NCBI GenBank assembly: GCA_020184695.1
Contig: JAANOX010000108.1
Coordinates: forward strand, 23,180-87,179
Length of the DNA stretch: 64,000 nt
Reading direction: 5' to 3'
Source: Histomonas meleagridis 2922-C6/04-290x
Taxonomy: Eukaryota > Protista > Parabasalia
The stretch's first letter is position 1. Each line of letters begins with the position of its first letter. A program made the position numbers and the translations under genes. The notes beneath the pieces are model-generated. The model had not been told where the DNA came from, ran no database searches, and saw only the letters and a list, made by a program, of their open reading frames with translations. This document shows positions 59,538-64,000 of this stretch, piece by piece.

Positions 59538-62104
59538 TTAATAACCATCAGGAGTACCATTAGCATAATATTTCAATCCATTATGTAAATCTAATGTGAA
59601 ATAAGTATCACGACAAATGAATAATTGAGGGGGAGGTGGATGATTTCCAGCATCATCAACATTATAATAAGTATCGTTAGCTTGAGTATATATAGGTTGC
59701 CCCTTAATTTGTATCGGGATGTTTTGACCGTTAGAGTATAAGCCGTCGAATACGTAACCACCACGCGAACGTTCACATTATATATTAAGCATAAAAGAAG
59801 TAGCATCACTTAATGTATTATTATATCTTGTACCATTAGAAGCATTTCTATCCATAGTTAAAGAATCTTCGAATTCTTTAGTACATTGTATACCACCATC
59901 TAAATCAGAAGCAACTAATTGATATTGTAAAAATCTTGCACCTAATGTAGAAATAGGTTCATCAGGATAATTTTGACCTGCAATAGTTAATTGTACATTA
60001 TTATAAATAGGATTATCAAAACAAGTATAATCATTAGCATGTTTTTGAAATACAACTGTAATAGTTGTGACATTAAATAAAGGCATATTAATAGTAGATT
60101 GTATACCAGATTCAGTGTTCTAACGATTTGGTCTCCAAATGAACGGTGAATGAACGGTCGTCGATGTAAAGCAATCAAAAAGTTGTTGGTTATATTTAAT
60201 AATCATACATAAAAACTGTCATAAAAGTGCATAATTTTTAGAATTTTGATTCACCAAAGTAATAAAAATATTATTTATGAATTTTCTGTATCAATTCAAT
60301 ATTGTAATACTTTATTAATATTATTTAATTTCGAATTCTTTACTCACTTTTTTTGAATGGAGAGAGGTCCTTATAAGCAACAAATCTATACATTCGAACA
60401 AATATTAGAATTTGAACGAAGAATAAAAGAACACAAGCAAACAATCAAGGGGCTGATGAAGGAAGAAAAAATAGGAATCAAGCGCCTTAAAAAAGAATTT
60501 GCTCTTGCTCAAGTTCCATTTCCAGAGATCCAACGGGGAAAGCCATCAGAGATCACAAATGCCTCAGCTCTAGCTCGGATTGTTATCGACAATGGAGGTT
60601 TGTTGGTAAACCCTACCAAGCTATTCTTTCACACAATGGGATAAAGATTGCGAACTGCACCATACACACCACAACAAAATGGGAAAATGGAAGAGTGGTG
60701 GAAACATATGAAATATCAAAGGTGCATCCGATCTTCAAACTGTCATTTATGAATATAACTTTGCATGGAGACACCACGGTCTTCATGAGATGACAAGAAA
60801 GTGGATGACACCATCAGACATGTGGCTGAGTGAACCTCATTGGTCACCTGGATGCCCTGACGAAGTTGAATTCGTCAAAAAGATATCTGCTAAATAAAAA
60901 TTTAGCATACTTTTTTCTGACTGAAATGTTTGAACTCTTTATCAGACTTTGTTTGGCAAAGCATGGTGATCGATGAAGACAATCGATCTACTGATCAATC
61001 GATCAACATCAACCGACCCACCTGTTTTGTATTCTGTTGCAGTTGAAATTGCGTTATCACCAGTATAATCTAACCACAACCGTTCCAATTAGCACAAAAA
61101 CATTGCACACAAACACCCGTCGGTTATCGATCGGTATGCATTGAAAAACCTAGTTTTCCAATGCATACCGATCAATAACCGACCGGTCGAATAAGTAACA
61201 ATCAAAACCGTTAATTTTTTTTACGATATATGACCGTTTATTTGGAGATCAAATCGGGTTACTACATGTATACCAGATTCAGTAGCAGCTAAAGCAAATG
61301 CATTATAATCTAATTGTTGTGAAGGTAAAGGTAAATTATTAAATGTAGCATTAATAGTAGAATCTTCTAAAAATTCTTTAACTTCTTTAATTTTACGTGG
61401 ATCTACTTGACACCAAACTAAACCATTTTGAATAACATAAAACTTTAATTCAATATCACCAACTAATCTATTCGGATATAAATCAAATGCTTGTAAAACT
61501 AATATATCTTCAAATGGAAGATTCATTTCAAATTCGATATCATGTTTATTTCCATCTGCAATTGTATTTAAATCAACATAAGTACCACAAACAGATTGTG
61601 AATATTCTGAAACATTTTCATATAAAGAATGTGTATATTTTCTAGTTTTCTTTTCAGCATAAGGTTTAATTGTAGAATAACAATAATTTTCACGACAACA
61701 TTCATTTTGTTGATAACCAGTAGATATATTATTAGACATAATTTGTAATTGATCTAATAATTGATTAGAACTCTTAAAACCTATAAATATTTTAGCTAAA
61801 TTCTCAGGATCTTGTAAATTACTAGATGAAATAGCTTTTGGATAATTGTACAGTTATTCTAATTTTAAAAATTAATAAAACCTTCAGTTATTTGTGAAAC
61901 CATATGATCACCATGAGTGATTCTTAATCTAGTTTCTTGTGATTGATTAAAAGGTGCATTTTGATCATGACAATCTTCAGTTCTTAAAATAAAAGAACGA
62001 GTACCATCATTTTTAGCAATTAAATCTTTAAGACGATCAAAATAAGCTCCGACATTACCTTGATCATCTTGTTCATTTTTAGATTGCGTATTATTATAAT
62101 ACAT
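59538..62104 (-). pseudogene. Putative major capsid protein (double jelly-roll inferred), interrupted by an IS481-like insertion, frameshifts and an in-frame TAA
   Basis: Fragments 61865-62104, 61221-61739, 59778-60116 and 59538-59777 join into one beta-rich protein across the duplicated TESGI(Q) junction; located beside the packaging ATPase. The fold is not verifiable here. Confidence 0.6.
60117..61266 (+). mobile_element. IS481-like/rve transposon (internally deleted) with imperfect TIRs and a 17-bp target duplication
   Basis: TGTATACCAGATTCAGT at 60100-60116 and 61267-61283; inverted GATTTG(G/A)TCTCCAAAT(G/A)AACGGT near both ends; IVIDNGG, TAPYTPQQNGKME, YNFAWRHHGL...TP. Confidence 0.85.
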
Positions 62105-62139
62105 TAATAAAAATGAAAAATATTTTTCATAATTTTTAA

Positions 62140-62966
62140 ATGGGTTGGGGTTTTTGGAATAAAATTAAAAAAGGTTTGAGCAAATTTCAGTTAAGTAAAG
62201 AACAACAAGAAAAATTCAACAAAAATGTGATGGTTAGAACATGAAAGGAATTTAGGTGGTAATAAAAATAGAATTCTACCATATAAACCTAATGATAAAA
62301 TAATATTTAAAGATGTAAAAGAAAAAGTTAGGAATAAGTTAATATTACAGGATTTAATAAAACAATGAATTTATTTTTATTATTATTTATGGCGTGGGGT
62401 TTGTGGAACAAATTTAAAAACGGAATAAAGAAAAATAGGACCTTTACTTAAAAAAATGAAAGAAGGATTTAAAAAAATTAGTCCACATATTGTGAAAGGT
62501 TATGAATTTGCTAAACAACATAAAGAAGACATTAAAAAAATAAATCCTCTTAAAAAGTTACCTGTGGATAAAATATTTGAAACCTGTGATAAAATAAATC
62601 CATTATTTAAAAATATAGGAAATGAAGCAAATGACAAGATCCATCCTATATTTTATCAATAAAAAAAGAATTAATATTTTATTTTTATTATTATTTATTA
62701 CTTGGGGTTTTTGGAACAAAATTAAAAATGGATTTAAAAAAGCAGGTGCTTGGATTAAAAATAAAATTATTAAACCAGTTGGAAGATTTATTGGTAATGT
62801 ATGGAATAAAGTAGCTAAACCTGTTGTAAATACAGTAGGTAAAATACCTGGAATTGAAAATTTACCTGGACATGCAGGTGCTATTGCAAAAGGAATTAAA
62901 ATAGCAGATAAATTCTCACCTGTTATAGATGGTGTAGCAAATGCGCTAGTTGGACAAAAGAAATAA
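62140..62966 (+). CDS. Three tandem paralogous basic amphipathic proteins starting (M)-x-WG(F/L)WNK(I/F)K(K/N)G
   Basis: Starts at 62140 (MGWGFWNKIKKG), 62389 (MAWGLWNKFKNG) and ~62697 (ATG lost; TWGFWNKIKNG); copies 2 and 3 share an identical T-rich leader. Confidence 0.75.
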
Positions 62967-63102
62967 TAAAATATTATTTATATATATTGTTTTGAAACTA
63001 TTCCAAATCCCAGGCGTCCTTAAAGAACACCTGTGTCCCATTTGTCATAGTTTAGTTTCAAAAATTCATTATAATTTAATAAAATTTTCATTTTTATTAT
63101 TT

Positions 63103-63561
63103 TTAGGCACTCTTGAAAAGATCCTGCTTTAAATCAAAAGCAGATTGATGAGTTTTGTCTTTATGTTGACTATTAACGATTACATTATCTAATAATGTAC
63201 GATTAATTTCATCATTATATGACTCATAGATATATGACGCATACCATCGTCCAAATTTACATTTCAATGGAAATAAGTCTATTTCTAAATAATGAACATT
63301 TTGATTTATAGGTGGTTTCTTATTTTCAGTAATTGGAATTGATATTAGTATTGGATTGTCAAAGAATTTTATTATTTCTCTTTGAATAAAATAAAAATCG
63401 GAAGAATTACTATGTTTTATTATCATCCCAATTGGATTGATAATAAAATTGTTGTAATTTCCCATTTTATTATTATTATGATCAAAGAATATAGCAACAT
63501 CAATAGCATCAAGATCCTTATTTTTGATAATGTCCGCAATTTGAGCAATGGATATTCGCAT
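63103..63561 (-). CDS. Hypothetical protein of the viral element
   Basis: Intact 152-aa ORF; no family recognised. Confidence 0.5.
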   Translation of the reverse strand: MRISIAQIADIIKNKDLDAIDVAIFFDHNNNKMGNYNNFIINPIGMIIKHSNSSDFYFIQREIIKFFDNPILISIPITENKKPPINQNVHYLEIDLFPLKCKFGRWYASYIYESYNDEINRTLLDNVIVNSQHKDKTHQSAFDLKQDLFKSA

Positions 63562-63893
63562 ACATGAAGAAAAAATGAAGTGATAATTTATAACAGTTAT
63601 TTACTATTTAAAATAAAGTTTGCCATGCATTCAAAAAATATTCGTCGTTTTTTGTCTATTAACCTCCTGGCAAAGATAAATTGAATAAGATAAATGTCCG
63701 ACCAAAGATAACCGGGGACAATTCGTGTTGGTTATGTGAGGTTTTTGATAGGTTTATGCGAAAAGTGGTGCTAAAAGTGCTATCGTTCCTATCAAAAAGT
63801 TTCGCGTTCTCTCAAAATTGAATGCGCATTCAAATTTTCAGACGAGTATGGCTCACAAAAATCATTTTGATTTTTGTCTGCAGCGAGCGAGCA

Positions 63894-63974
63894 CACTCGG
63901 GGATTGGAGGGTCTGAGGCCTCGGAGGTCCGGACGGAGCACCTCGGAGCTCGAAGACCCCGTCAATCCCCAGTG
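63894..63974. repeat. GC-rich ~80-nt imperfect inverted repeat (hairpin)
   Basis: CACT-C-GGGGATTG..GGGTCT pairs with AGACCCC..CAATCCCC-AGTG; the inner CCTCGGAG copies also pair. Confidence 0.8.
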
Positions 63975-64000
63975 AAAACTTAAGGTCGGGAATGATCACG

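Larger units (their letters stand above)
51840..64000. mobile_element. Decayed Maverick/Polinton-like endogenous viral element (boundaries approximate; may extend past the window)
   Basis: Dense, very AT-rich gene block with a retroviral-like integrase, an A32/FtsK-type ATPase, a large capsid-like gene, a fibre-like gene and small amphipathic ORFs; no host-type genes; no pPolB seen in the window. Confidence 0.8.

Noticed and set aside
13678-59800. Stop-codon reassignment (in-frame TAA/TAG/TGA in transposases, capsid and ankyrin units)
   Set aside because: The stops replace different residues (K, E, Q, W, G) and occur only in TE, viral or pseudogene sequence. Housekeeping genes have none internally and end in TAA/TGA/TAG.
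1-64000. tRNA, rRNA or snRNA genes
   Set aside because: No cloverleaf or rRNA-like conserved sequence recognised by eye; a covariance-model search would be needed to exclude them.

Overview
AT-rich eukaryotic genomic DNA from a parabasalid protist (Trichomonas/Tritrichomonas/Histomonas-like). This is inferred from intron-less housekeeping genes, Inr/M3/M5-type core promoters, a hydrogenosomal-type presequence, DUF3447-ankyrin genes and Maverick-type elements. Intact housekeeping genes (TOR kinase, Mrp/Ind1 ATPase, kinase, RPL18A, DRG GTPase, microbial-type PARG, Arf, TTLL ligase, class I HDAC, Ras-like, acylphosphatase-like, PPP phosphatase, RPL30, Rab, thioredoxin-like) alternate with decayed DNA transposons (Tc1 DD34E, mariner DD34D, pogo/DDE_1, P/THAP-like, Merlin/IS1595-like, MULE, IS481-like). 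The last ~12 kb is a decayed Maverick/Polinton-like endogenous virus (integrase, packaging ATPase, probable capsid, phage-like fibre, triplicated amphipathic proteins). The most striking unexplained structure concerns the ankyrin-repeat loci. At all seven loci, ankyrin repeats are interrupted at the same position (after D/N-I-Y/H, before F-x-T-A-L) by AT-rich spacers lacking GT-AG ends. The spacers are 68 nt, or 8+20n nt in a VNTR-expanded array. The 99-102 nt 'exons' of the two arrays stay stop-free, and in the 4.9-6.6 kb array they are hypervariable exactly at the ankyrin target-binding positions. This suggests an undescribed non-canonical splicing/excision or cassette-diversification system.
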